DNA of 64,000 nucleotides from Xylographa opegraphella (Eukaryota). Positions 25,046-37,068 of this stretch are shown here, piece by piece. The DNA lies in assembly GCA_022813865.1 (NCBI GenBank), contig JALDZX010000030.1:1-64000 (forward strand), given 5' to 3'. Within the stretch, counting starts at the first letter, position 1; each line of letters starts with the position of its first letter. Position numbers and translations under genes: made by a program. The notes under the pieces are model-generated. The model ran no database searches. It was not told the DNA's origin and was given only the letters and a program-made list of their open reading frames with translations.

Positions 25046-26091
25046 TCACCACGTGTAGCGCAGCGTCTGATACATATTCTGCATCCGCTCCACCTGATCC
25101 GCCGAGAAGCCCGTGTAACTAGATTTCACCACCGTCAGCATCCCACACGATTCAGCATCGCCCCCTAGGGGGGTGTCACTCACCACGCATCATCACTGTA
25201 ATCCATATAATTCGAGACCGCGTCCAGACCCGCATCGCCCGGACAGCTATCCTTCCCGGACGGACACCCACTCGTCGCCGTGCTCTGCTGCGGCGTGTCG
25301 GCGATATAATCCCCCGGGTCGGTGGACGCGCACGTCCCGTCCTGGAAGGTGTGCAGCAGGCCGAACCAATGCCCGACCTCGTGCACGGCCGTCTTGCCCT
25401 GGCTGTAGCCGTAGACGTTGCCGTTCGGCATGCTGCCGGCGAGGACGTTGCAGCCGTCGCTGCTGTAGTCGGCGGCCGGGAACTCGACCATTTTGCAGGA
25501 GCTGCAGGGCCGATAGGTGACGTTGGTGGGCAGGGTGCAGTAGCCGAGCAGTTGCGAGCTGCCGGACGCCGGCACCGACGACAGGTTGGTCTGGAAGTAG
25601 ATGTTCAGGGCGGAGTAGTTACCCTGGCGGAGGGCGGTCTTCATGGCCGCGTCGGCGGCGTCGGTCGCCCATGCGTTGTTGACCGAGTACGTGATGTTCC
25701 GGAGTGCGAAGGAGATGGCCGAGCTGGCGTACGCGGCCTCGAGAGCGTTGAACTGCCCGGCCACCATGGCTGGCGTGACGAGGTGCGGGGAATCGGTCGT
25801 CGACACGATGTGGAAGTAGGTGTTGACCGTGTACTTGGGCACGGTACGGCGGGCGCGGAGGTGGGCGGCTGTGGTGGGATTGGAAAGATTGCGGTGCGCA
25901 GCGATGAGATGGGGTCCGGGGGGGCCGGTGCCGCACGCACGGGATGGCACCTGAATACTGCTGCGTTCTCCGAGAGGATGATGGATGGGTTCGACGGCGG
26001 AAAGCACATCAGATGCATGGGGAAGACGAGGAGCCGAGAAAGTAGGAAAGGCGATCGTTGCACCAATAAGGAATGAGATAAGGAAGAGCAT
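25046..26091 (-). CDS. secreted M43 (pappalysin-type) zinc metalloprotease, 2 exons
   Basis: Signal peptide MLFLISFLIGATIA, Cys-switch RACGT, HEVGHWFGLLHTF, Met-turn NYMDYSDDAC. The intron after 25184 gives a last exon YTGFSADQVERMQNMYQTLRYTW*. Confidence 0.93.
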
Positions 26092-26410
26092 GATGGAAGT
26101 ATGGACGGCCAATCACAACTGAAATATGTCCAGATGAAGAGGAGGTGGTACGTAAGGCACTTTCTCAAGTGATCTGCTGCTTCAACCCGTACCACGCTTG
26201 CACCGTGTGGCCATAATATACTTAAAAAAAATACATAAGGAAAGGCGAAGTCGGCTGTTCAAACCAATACTGAATGAATCCACCGGACGAAGCTCCGTAA
26301 CCTGGGCGGCTCAAACCCGCTCAGAGGCGTCAATACATGAGCAGGATTAGCCGGCGAAGAACAAGGCTGAGGTGCTCGTAAACGGCCCCCTCATAGAATA
26401 ACAAAGACCG

Positions 26411-26493
26411 AGGATTGAACATAAGATCAACTGGCGCCGCCACCAGCAAGCAGGATTGAACATATAAATCAACTGGCGCCGCCACCACCAAGC
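26411..26493. repeat. two-copy ~41-bp tandem duplication
   Basis: AGGATTGAACATA..ATCAACTGGCGCCGCCACCA.CAAGC at 26411 and 26452. Confidence 0.9.
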
Positions 26494-26692
26494 CAAACAT
26501 CGACATCGAAGTACGTATGAATGGGAAGGGGAAAGTCGTTGTGGCTCAAGTAGTGAACTTAGGCACAACGTTGGATGCCAGAAGCAGCTGTCATTTCTAG
26601 GGCTTGGGACTGGAACAAAAAGATCTGCAGTAATACCAGAACACCTGATCCCCATACCTTCAACACCTTGCAATGTCCTGAACAAATATCAA

Positions 26693-28265
26693 TCATGCTC
26701 CATCATTTCCAGGCCGCGATATACCGGTTACAGTTCCGGTACTAGGCTGATCGTTGTTCCACGTGAGATATGTATGATCGCCGAGTTTTCTATAGTCTTG
26801 TTAACCATACAACACTTCACCCGGGGTCTTGCCAGACTAACCTTGGCTTGATCAAGTGAGCCACTGTGAAGACAACTCCGAGGAGAATGCAAACTCCTCC
26901 AACGACGACGTATGCAATTCCCAAGAAAGGATTTCTTCCACCCATCACCGTCCGGGTAGAAATGACGATCGATTTAGTGCCTCCATATTCCGTGACTGGG
27001 AAGACTATTCATAATTAGATTTGATGGCTGAACAAAGGTGAACGATACCATACGCATGTCTATATCGACCCGATACCTTCCTGCTTTCATGGTGGTATTA
27101 TCGTTGCGTTTGGCCAGCTTGCTGAATGCTGGCAGACCTGCAGTCCTCATCCAGACTTGAAATTCTTCGTATTGGGAGAGATCTGGGGGTGGGTTTGCAT
27201 TAGTGTACCCATCTGGTCCCCATCTGTCAACCCAGTTTGGCGGCACGCTAATGTAACTGTTGTTGTACGCCGTCTTGCCGTATAGCTTTGCATCGGTCGA
27301 CCAAGCAATCCCTTTATTTGTCATTTCGTAAAATTGGCTGCTGGCACTGCTATTTATAGTATTCAGTAATAGCGGGGATGAAAAGCTGTCGTTGAATAAG
27401 GAATTAGCGATAAGTCCGCAAGGATAGTACGGAGAGCCATTCGGAGCCAGAGTAAGAGGGGTGCAGTAGCCGTTAGTGATCGTATTGCTATCCTCGAACT
27501 GTCCCAACAGTTGATTCGCATCGAGCGATTTGACATAACGCCGATGGTTCTGGTAAAAATTGGTTAAACGATAGTAGAAGAGGACGGGCGGACCAATGTC
27601 ATCGGGAATTTGAAACTCAATCGAACATGTGGGGATCGTCATGGTATTGCCACCGTATGGAACGAAAGTCCTTGAGGTGGTGTTCTGCTTCCATGTCGGA
27701 TATTCCCCGGGCATGGTCGCGGTCTTGAAGTAGGCGCTGACTTTGGACGAGGGAATCGTCGAATTGGTGGACGGAATCGCGTCATTACTAAATGGGGCAT
27801 CTTGAGCGCATGTCGAGTAATCGATCACGATCTCTTCAACCTGGAGGGTGATGAGTATTTTGACGGTGGAGTACGCGTGTGCTGTCCTGATGCTGGATCA
27901 GGAACTGCTAACCTGTGCGCTGGCGTAGAGGAGAAGACCCCCTATCGGAGCAAATATAATTCCTATAGCAAAGAAGAGAGGGAGGACGGTCTTGGGGGTG
28001 AGGATAGGTCTATTCAAGTATGATAAGTAACAATCCCATCATGACTGCAGCTCTGTCAACTCACTGCCACGCTTTAAGTCGTTGTTGCCGAAAAGCGGTA
28101 TCTAAATCAGCAGTCCTGATTCAGCCCCCTCGCCTCAGAGTCTGGATGATACCGTCTACACTCACTTGCTGGTCTCCTGCTCTTCACCTTCTTTTCCTTT
28201 TCATGGTGGGTGTCTGGTTCATCTATGGACTCTGGATGCGGATGCGTAGTTTGCGTTTGCGACAT
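26693..28265 (-). CDS. CDC50: Cdc50/Lem3-family P4-ATPase flippase beta subunit, multi-exon
   Basis: [88 protein letters not shown]. Confidence 0.93.
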
Positions 28266-29068
28266 AGCGGGAAACACTCTTACAGCAGCGCGGATGTTTT
28301 TGGAGCGTCACACGGGGAGCTCTCTACCAGGAACGCTTAGGCATGAATCTTTTGACGCAGACGTGTGCACATCAGCATCCGGTCAGACAAATCGCCGAAG
28401 GCAGCCTGCTCCTCGGCCCACGGAAAGTCCCCAGTTTGCACTAGTCCCGGAACGGGTGATCGTTCCTTTCAGAAGTGCAAGGGAACCTCTCAATTACCAC
28501 TACTGCAAGGAGACCAATTATCACAGACGAGGTTGAATTACAAATGGTTAGTATTGGTAACGATTGCTGGTATATTGTTTGCATCTACCTAGCTACGCGC
28601 TGCTGCGCGAATAAAAGCATTGCTCAGCCAATTCGCTACCAGTCGAGTCTGTGAAGTCATCAACACATACATGCTGCAATCCAACATGTGCTCCAATCTA
28701 AACAGACTGTGGAGGCTTTCAGTCCATATCTCAATCTGATGGTCAAAGTTCAAGCAGTTAGTGGTATCATTGGGGTAAACTCCGACCCATCCAAACCAGC
28801 TGCCACAAACCGAAACACCGCTGTGCATGCATTGAGAAGAGTCATTTCGTGAATGGAGTAGAGGAAAATCCAAATCGCCCGCATATCATCACAAACAAAA
28901 GCAAATCGCCAGTAACCCCGTCCGTGTTGGAACGACCCTACCCACTCCCAAGCAATACTGGCGGAGATTAGAGAAGCAAAGCGATCGTAGAAGTCGGTAC
29001 TCAGGGTATGGTTGCATCCCGTTCTCGTCCGGGATTTTATGATGCCTGTTGTTTGAAAGGGCGCATGT

Positions 29069-30247
29069 TCAAAGGAACTTCTCCAAGAAGGCTTTATTGA
29101 ACCAACCAACTTTGTCGTACGCGGTCCAAAGCTTGCTGGCTTTGTTGACATCAATCTTGCATGCCTGCTGAGCATCCGTCTTTCGGAATTCCTTCTTGTT
29201 CTTGAAGGCGCGAAGGCGGCCCTCGAAGATCCGTCTCTTACTGCAGAGGTATGTGGCACAAGTCAGACGGAGGGTACTCGCAAGGTTTATCTCCGCGTCG
29301 TGAAGCATATGTCGATCTGGATCGTTCGAAAGATCAAGGGGATTGTTGCTTGCCCAATCCGTCTTTAACGACTTCGAGTTGCCGGGTGGCAATGTGGAAG
29401 TCGGTGGTGCATAATCGGGCAGTGCGTTGTAGTCGACGTCCTCTGGACGTTTCGTGGCTGGAGTTCGGGACTCTGGCGTACCAGATCGATCCAAGCTCGG
29501 GGTGGAAAGGGCTCTTTCCAACGGTGATGGAGTCTTTGGGGTTCGTCGAACACGAGTGAAGGGTTTTGTTTTCGGTGGCTTAGCAGCTGTGGTTGGCTTC
29601 TTGGGTGGTCTTGATGAATGCGAAGGTGCTGGTGCAATCTTGATCACAGGCGAAGTGGTCACGCCTGGACGTGCGCAGATGCGCTTCGCCATGAAGTAGT
29701 ATTCATCGGTTTCCTCTCGCGTTCTCTTCAAATATGCACCTGGGTTTCGATTGTACATTTTGCCGACGTTTGAGACGAGTGAGAGTGCCAATAGGTAGTC
29801 ATCCCTGGATGGTGTGGTCGTCTTGTCGAACGGATGTGGACGGCGAGAAATGTGTTTTGTGACCAAGTCCTCGGCCGCCAGACGTTCCGGAGTGGTAGGG
29901 AAGAGAGACCGGTGCGTTGGGGCTCCTGGATCTGCGGCCGGGTAGAGGACAGGGTCCCGTAGTCGTTCTCCACTTTGTCCGACCCCGGTGTCCTTTATAT
30001 TCTTCCGATCGATGTGGTGTTCATGACCGGTCCATGGCGAAACGGGAGGAGATGGGAGAACCCTTGACGACTTTGAAACCGGCGAGTGACTGGATACCAT
30101 AGGCGGCAGAGTGTTCTCTGGCGTATACGATGGCGGACAAGGAGCTAGCAGAGGAATCTGCGCTGGTTTGTTGGGCGAGCCGAAGCTGTCCAAAGGTTTC
30201 GCCTCTGGAGGAGACATCAGAGCCAATATCGATGGCAGTTGTGACAT
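29069..30247 (-). CDS. SWIRM-domain chromatin protein (Fun19/YOR338W-like)
   Basis: 392-aa ORF with C-terminal SWIRM: LHDAEINLASTLRL..YLCSKRRIF..FRKTDAQQACKIDVNKASKLWTAYDKVGWF. Confidence 0.9.
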   Translation of the reverse strand: MSQLPSILALMSPPEAKPLDSFGSPNKPAQIPLLAPCPPSYTPENTLPPMVSSHSPVSKSSRVLPSPPVSPWTGHEHHIDRKNIKDTGVGQSGERLRDPVLYPAADPGAPTHRSLFPTTPERLAAEDLVTKHISRRPHPFDKTTTPSRDDYLLALSLVSNVGKMYNRNPGAYLKRTREETDEYYFMAKRICARPGVTTSPVIKIAPAPSHSSRPPKKPTTAAKPPKTKPFTRVRRTPKTPSPLERALSTPSLDRSGTPESRTPATKRPEDVDYNALPDYAPPTSTLPPGNSKSLKTDWASNNPLDLSNDPDRHMLHDAEINLASTLRLTCATYLCSKRRIFEGRLRAFKNKKEFRKTDAQQACKIDVNKASKLWTAYDKVGWFNKAFLEKFL

Positions 30248-31041
30248 GTCTGAGAGGTCGTTGATGGGTTCGACAAGATTCTGGAGTGAGGTTGATGCGA
30301 ACGTTGATGGATGATGGAGGAAAGAGGATTCAGGTCGACGAAGAGACGTCGAAGCTGATCCTCATGTGTGGAAGTCAATGGAAGACGACGGCTTCAATAG
30401 GATTTGTCAATAGAGGATGGAGGTCGGGTGTTCCGAAGCGTGGCAAAGGCTCGGCTTTAACGTTTCGCCCGGAATGGTTGACGATTCGATTGGAAATTCG
30501 ATGAGTCAGAAACGAAGTTGAGTTCAGTCGTAGTGAGAGTATTCTGCACAGCAAATAACACACTGATGGTAATTGACCTGCGGAAGGTCTGTAAGTCGAG
30601 TGGGGATCAAGGCTGAATAATAGGTTGAGTCGTTTCAATGGTTTCGGGGCGAGCAGGTGAATGCTAGGCAGCAGTCAATCGTGCTCACGAGGCAACAAAG
30701 GTTGACGATGACCAGGCCACAAGAGTCCGAGTAATCGTCAACTGACGAGGAGTGGTGCAGTCGGGTGATAGAAGGTCGGGTGAGGCAAGGAGGAGGAAGT
30801 GGAGGAGGAGGAGGATTTGGGGAGTTGGTAAGACGGTGGAGGAACAAAGAGCAAAGGCTGCGTGGGTAATGAACGGCGTGGACATCCGAATGGCAAATGG
30901 TCTCTTTCGGGGTCTCTAGAATAGGGTAGTAAGCGCGCACCTTCAATGGAAGTCAATGGTCAGCTGGTTCTTATTGTCAGACGAGTGGGTGGCATGAATC
31001 AGTCCAGCTGATGCGCCTGCAATTATTGGTCAATTGGAGGT

Positions 31042-31062
31042 GGGGGGGGGGGGGGGGGGGGG
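31042..31062 (+). repeat. poly-G homopolymer (21 G)
   Basis: Counted directly; ~800 bp upstream of the SWIRM gene. Confidence 0.95.
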
Positions 31063-32297
31063 TCATCAATGGCAGATGAACACGACGAGGCAGCCTCGAT
31101 CGCAGTGAATGATGGCACCATAGAGGTGTTGGGGCGATCAATTGGGAAACGAGCTGGCCATAACGCGGCGCGAAACAGTTGTCGTCCTCGTCTGTGGTCC
31201 ACGTAACAAGAGGGCTCCAGCGAGCACAAGCACAAGAAGACTTTTTCTGGGAGAAGATGGAGAGGCGGAATCACTCGTGTGATGACTCAATCGATCCGGT
31301 GCGCCACTCGCCGCCAAGCCGCTACCTGAGCCCTGACTGTGGCACTTGCCCGTCGATCTCTGCCCTCGGAGGGAGTAATGCACGATTAACGCAAATCCAA
31401 GGCCTGTGCCATCTGCCTACTTACATAATACCTACCGAAGATACTGTACTATGTACGGAGCCGTACACCAAAAGTATTCGCACACGCTAGAATTTAGTGA
31501 TATTGTGGCTTAGCTGGAAATAGCGGGCACCCCCTAAAAGCTACAGGTCAAGTCATTAAAAGTCCCTAAGAAAACGTCCCTGTTATCCCGATGCTCAAGG
31601 CGTTTAAGGAGGTTGTCCAGGCGACATCCCTAAACGGCCCGTGAAGCTGGTATCGTACTATCACTAGCGCATGCGAAGACTTTTGGTGTACGGCTCCGTA
31701 GTGTGGTCGGTCGTCCCTCGTGATACCGACCATACGGATCCATGGGCCGAGGCGGGGGGGGGAAACAGAAGCCAATCTGCCAGCCTGCCTGCCTGAAACA
31801 TGTCGCACCGAAACCGGTTCGAGTGGTCATGAGCATTGATGCGGACATGAAGAATATAGCATGGTGGCAGCCATCGTACGGAACAAGTCATCTGCCCAAC
31901 TGTTGTACGCGTAAATCTCGCCCACACCCACTGGCAAAGTCGAGCCATATCGAGCCTCATCATCGACTTTTCCTTTCACATGTCACGCCACACGGGGCTT
32001 GGGCGGGAAAGCTTGGCGTGTTCCGTTTAGGGCAACCGGCCGTCGAACTTAATCTGGTACCGGCCCTTGGACATGAACGGGATGACCAGGGGGCTCGGGT
32101 GGGTACAACGTCCCTGAACATCAATCCATTATTATCTACATCTCGATATCGATTTTCCTATGTATACACTACTGAGGCGGAACACCTGCGGCCGGCACAA
32201 TAAACCATGTACAGAGAAACGCGGCCACCCCGGCCAGCTACCGGACTCGAGGTATGTTTCTTCGCCCACTCGAGCCAGTCGCATCCTCGCTTTTCCG

Positions 32298-34236
32298 TTA
32301 TATCAACAAGCCAACCATGATCGCGACAACTCCGAACAGCGCACTCCACTGCACGAGCCTGGCCTGGTGAGCGGCACTGGGTATCGTCGACGTCGTGTTT
32401 TGCGGCTGCGTCGCAGCGCTGAAGGATCCTGCCGTGCATGTCAGTCGCCGCGCTCTGGCTCGGAAACCAGCGTGCCATGAGGAACGTGCTTACCCGTCAT
32501 TGGACACTGCATCGAATTGCATTTGGCCGACAGCTGAGCGCCCGGCACGAACGTGTTGATCACCGTCGAGTTGGCGAGTCCCGTCCCGTTGCTGGCCACA
32601 GCTTCCACCATGGTGAACTTCTGGTACCCTGCCTGCGTGGCCACCGTCTCGAAGCCGTTCTTGGGTGACGTCCCAAGCTTCTTCATGTCCGTCGCGGACG
32701 AGCCTCCATAATACGTCCAGCTGGCCACTTCTGTCGCGCCGTTCCAGGATGCGTAGAACGCCGTTGGGGCGGTGTCATTCTGCGCATACGTGTACAGCGC
32801 GGGGACATCCGTTGGGTAGGACGTAAAGTTGAACTTGTATGCCCGATAGTGCAGTGCTCCGGTGGTAGCGAAATACGCCGAAAGTACCGGAGTGCCATCG
32901 GCTGTGGACTCCGATACAAATGCGTTGGAACCCCATCCCAGGAATGCATTGCCATTGGGCAGCATCTGAAGGTTACCCTGACTCGCGGACAACAGGCCCC
33001 CCGACGTGTCGTTCGGTCCGTACGGTGCCGGGTTTGGGAAGGCGTGCAACAAGGTTGCGTTCATGGTTGAGTTGTCAATCGCGACTACTTTACCTTCGGA
33101 GAAATACGCAGAACCATTGAACCCGTTATACGCATTATCGAAGAAAGATATAATGGTCGTGGTGCTGTTTTCGGATAGAAATCGGACATCGTGTTGGTAA
33201 CTGAAATTGAAGTCCTGTTGGAAGTCGGAGTTCTTGCCGCCAAGCTGCCAGATGATCGAGCCATCTGTGGAATTAATTTTGTAAATGGTTTCTGTATGCC
33301 GACTCGAGATGATATAGTCGCCGTCGACGCTCTTGTCCACTGCATTGATATGGCTGCAATAATGATGAGCTGCGAGAGACTTCCACCGCGACAGCAGAAC
33401 TCACAAATAGTCCCACGGGGTATCCTTAGTCAGACCATCGCCGGAAACATCCGTTGTGTTTGGAAGGACATAGCCCTCAGAGGGATCGACGTGGTTCAGG
33501 GATCTCCACTCGAAGAGAACCTCGGAGGTCATGGTATCAACCTCCTGGAACACACCCTCCATAATATAGCCCTGCCCATTACTGATATTGTAGGCGGTAA
33601 GGTCGTACTGCAGTGGGTGGAAAATCGTCATTAGCGCTTGGTTACCGTTGTTGATGGTATTGAAATCGTGCTGGTCGGCAGGTGGGAGACCACCCCCGGT
33701 CTGGACGGATTTGACAATCTGAAATTGGTTGTCCATGATTATGCCGTGTCCTCTCGCATAGCCCAGCTCTTGATTTCCTTGGTACATACACAGGTGGTCG
33801 GATCCGTTCCACTCACAGACTCGGAAATCGTGACTGCTGGCGGGTCCTGAGATCGAGAAGCCCGTCCACACGAGATTCTATTATGGGTTTAGCCACACGC
33901 ACCGCAAGGCTCAACCATATTCAGAACCGACCCCACTGTTGTCGAAGAGGTATGGACCTGCTTGCGCGACCTGATACGGCGCCAGGAAGATATAGCCGGG
34001 GCTTATGAGGCTGTCATTGTGACGGGTGACGTTGAGCACGACCGAGTCGATGTCTGGTCTCTGCACCGGGCGATCAGCTTACAGGCCATACATATTCAAC
34101 GCTCAGGGGAACTCCGCACTGAAAGAAACGGCGCTGCAATTGGCACACTTTCATTGCTTGCTTGAGCATTGACCAAGTTCTGGAAGTTTGTTGATAAGGC
34201 GAATAAAAGAGAGACAAGCGTGTAGCGAGGTGCCAT
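32298..34236 (-). CDS. secreted arylsulfotransferase (ASST) family protein with GPI-like C-terminus, 5 exons
   Basis: Signal MAPRYTLVSLLFALSTNFQNLVNA; FLS|RPDI, PGYIFLAPY, DQHDF, WDY|HINAVDK..YIISSRH, FSYQHD, SQGNLQMLPNGN, YRAYK, YASWNGATEV, GFET. Last exon ends LFGVVAIMVGLLI*. Confidence 0.88.
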
Positions 34237-35408
34237 AGCTGGCAGGAATCAAAGACAAGGTCGGAATCCGGTGCGGAGTGGAAAAAAGAAAAGATCGAAG
34301 AGAAGAGAATGATGGCCGATCCGGGACAGCGGGTGGTGAAGGAAAGGAATGTACAGAATTGGCATGGGACTCGGGAGATGGGGACATCTGATTAGGTTCC
34401 AGGGCGGTCTAATTTGGGCATCAGGCCCAGGCAAGAACGAAGGTAGGCGCAGATATCCCCAATGCCCAGCAAATAATGAAAATCGGGGGGGCTTTTCTGG
34501 GAAACTTTTCGCTGCTACGGAGAACTAGGTACATAGGCAAGTCAGATGCTGCGATTGGATTGGCAGAAGCCGACGCGATTTCACGCAGGGTGTGCTTGGC
34601 CCTATTTCCGGAGCAAAAAGCACAAGGAGTTTGCACGCATCAGACAACAACTGGGATTCTACCGACTGGACGGGGCACGAAACCGGAAGAACATCCCTGG
34701 CCTGAGGCTCTAGTGTCGCGTTGCCGACCGGGGGAAGGTCGTTTGGTGCACGAATCTTCACTCGTTGACCGGGGCGAATCCAAGGAAAGGAGTACGCGTC
34801 CTGTGCCCACCAACATCTCATCACGGCCAGTTATCCGCAAGGGTGGGGAGGCGAGCCAGGCTAGGCCCGAGTCGCTCAATCAGATAAAGCCGGCCCGGTC
34901 TTGGCGTCATCTGGGCTACGGCGAATGACTAGCGGTGGCTAGTGACGGCTAGCGGTAACAGTCAGAGTGAGTTATGTATGGAGTACCTAGGTAGGTACTC
35001 CGTACCTTACTTGCTAGGTACGGATTACTACTGGAGTACTACTACTACGTCAAAGGTACTCCGTAGTATTCCGTACCTACGGCTTGCTCGTAGACTGTAT
35101 GGAAGATAGCTTCTACAATTCTTCGTGCGAGAAGGGTGGGAGAGGCAGCCAATCAGGACTTCTACTCCGTACTTTCCGATGATAAAGTAGTCGTGTTTCG
35201 GCCCGGAAAACCTCTTCGGGCTTAGAGCGCGAACAGGTCAATGCTCAAGGTAGGTAGATTACGTCAAATAAGGTATGGTCACCATGATGCAAGAGCTGCA
35301 GATTGATAATGCATCAATCACGTTTGCTTCGACGGCCGTGGCTGCATCAAGCATTCCACATAGCATCTCCCCACTCAGTTGAACCGTTGAGATCTCAAAA
35401 TCTTCAGG

Positions 35409-36595
35409 ATGCCTGAAACCATTAGGATACTGTTTGGCACTCACCCGATATCTGGTTGGTCGCAAGAAGCCCAACAAAAGTTCCTTGCTGTTCTCCAAGA
35501 GTATCATGTGAAAGACATTGATACCGCGCATCTATATGTAGGCTTTGTCCCGAATCGGTCCAATTGGGCTAGTCGTCATAGTTCTCGTTGCGTTGATCAA
35601 ACGACCAATGACAGACCATTGCTATGGATTTTGGCTCACAAGAATATAGCCAGAAAGTGAAAAGGCTCTGGGGAAATTGGGCGCGCCTGAGAAGTTTATC
35701 ATTCACACCAAAGCCCCTGGCTTTAGTCCTGGCTGCCTCACTAGGGAAAATGTTCTGGCCGCCGCGAAGAAGTCCCTAGAAGATTTAGGAACTGATAGTG
35801 TGAGACTCTCAAGCATTTGCCTCGTCATCCGTCTGCGCTTCGTAGAAAGGGTATGCTGACACAAGCAGGTCGAAACATACTTCCTTCATGCCCCTGACTC
35901 TAAGACGCCGATAGAAGAGACAGTGGAGGCAATGCAAGAACTGTACGCAGCCGGCAAGTACAAATATGTATGATACACGACCGTCGACTCCAGTCTTGGT
36001 ACTTGATCAAAGCTAAGGAGGCACGTAGTTTGGCCTCTCCAATTTCCCGGCTGCAGAAGTTCAGAAGATCTACGACTACTGCAAATCCAAGGATTATGTT
36101 CTGCCCACGGTGTACCAGGGCAATTACAATCCCGTGGCGCGCCATACCGAAGTCGACCTTTTCCCCGTCCTCCGTAAACTTGGCATCCGCTTTTACGCAT
36201 ACTCCCCACTCGCAGGCGGGTTTTTGGTACGGACGCCAGAAGCCATCGAGAAAGCTGACGAGGGTCGCTTCGACAAAAACACTCGCGGTGGTGAAATGTA
36301 TCACAAGTTATATAATCGTCCGGCACTTGTCAAGGCATTAACCGAATGGGAGGCAATAGCTAACGAAGCTGGAGTTTCCAAGGCTGCTCTGGCTTACAGA
36401 TGGGTAACCTTCAATTCAATCCTCCGGCCAGAGTACGGTGACGGAATCATCCTAGGAGGAAGCAGACCAGCGCAGCTGGAGCAGACACTACAAGCTTTAC
36501 ATGAGGGGCCTCTGAAACCGGAGATTGCAAAGAAGATTGACTCGGTTTGGGAGGCTGTCAAGCATGAGGCCCCTATCGACAACTTCACGCAGTAG
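35409..36595 (+). CDS. aldo-keto reductase (AKR7/aflatoxin-aldehyde-reductase-like), 4 exons
   Basis: IDTAHLY, IHTK, YFLHAPD, FGLSNF, YQGNYNPVAR, YAYSPLAGGFL; canonical introns. Confidence 0.92.
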
Positions 36596-36996
36596 GTCAT
36601 CGAGACGCAAGCTGGCGCTCAGTGGGCTATCGATCGCACTAGAATAATACGAAGATGATTTTCATTTGATTCTCGTAAGTTTTACTATATGGTCCTCGGG
36701 TATATATCATTGTCCATCGTCGCTGCCCACGAGATCGTGATGACCCAGCACTTCGACGATGGATGGTATAACGGAAAGCAATACCGAACCACAGTCAGGT
36801 TGCTAGCGTCACATGGCGTTGATGTTCATAATTCTTCGAATCAGTGACCGCTGCGTTACACTATTCATCAGACACGTGATTGTTTTTGGCGAAGTGCACA
36901 GTTTGACTTCTGCCTGCCCTCATCAGCCTTTTGCCCAATCCATATAAGCAGTGTTCAAATTCTTCATAGCTCACGTTGCAACTGCTACCTACACTA

Positions 36997-37068
36997 TCCC
37001 TTGTCAATACATATCGGTCCTCTCTGGTCAGTACATATCAATTCTCCCTTGTTAATACATATCAATAT
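36997..37068. repeat. 3x 24-bp degenerate tandem repeat
   Basis: TCCCTTGTCAATACATATCGGTCC / TCTCTGGTCAGTACATATCAATTC / TCCCTTGTTAATACATATCAATAT. Confidence 0.85.

Noticed and set aside
25351..26195. Long alternative-frame ORFs (241 and 184 aa) over the M43 gene
   Set aside because: Shadow ORFs caused by high GC3.
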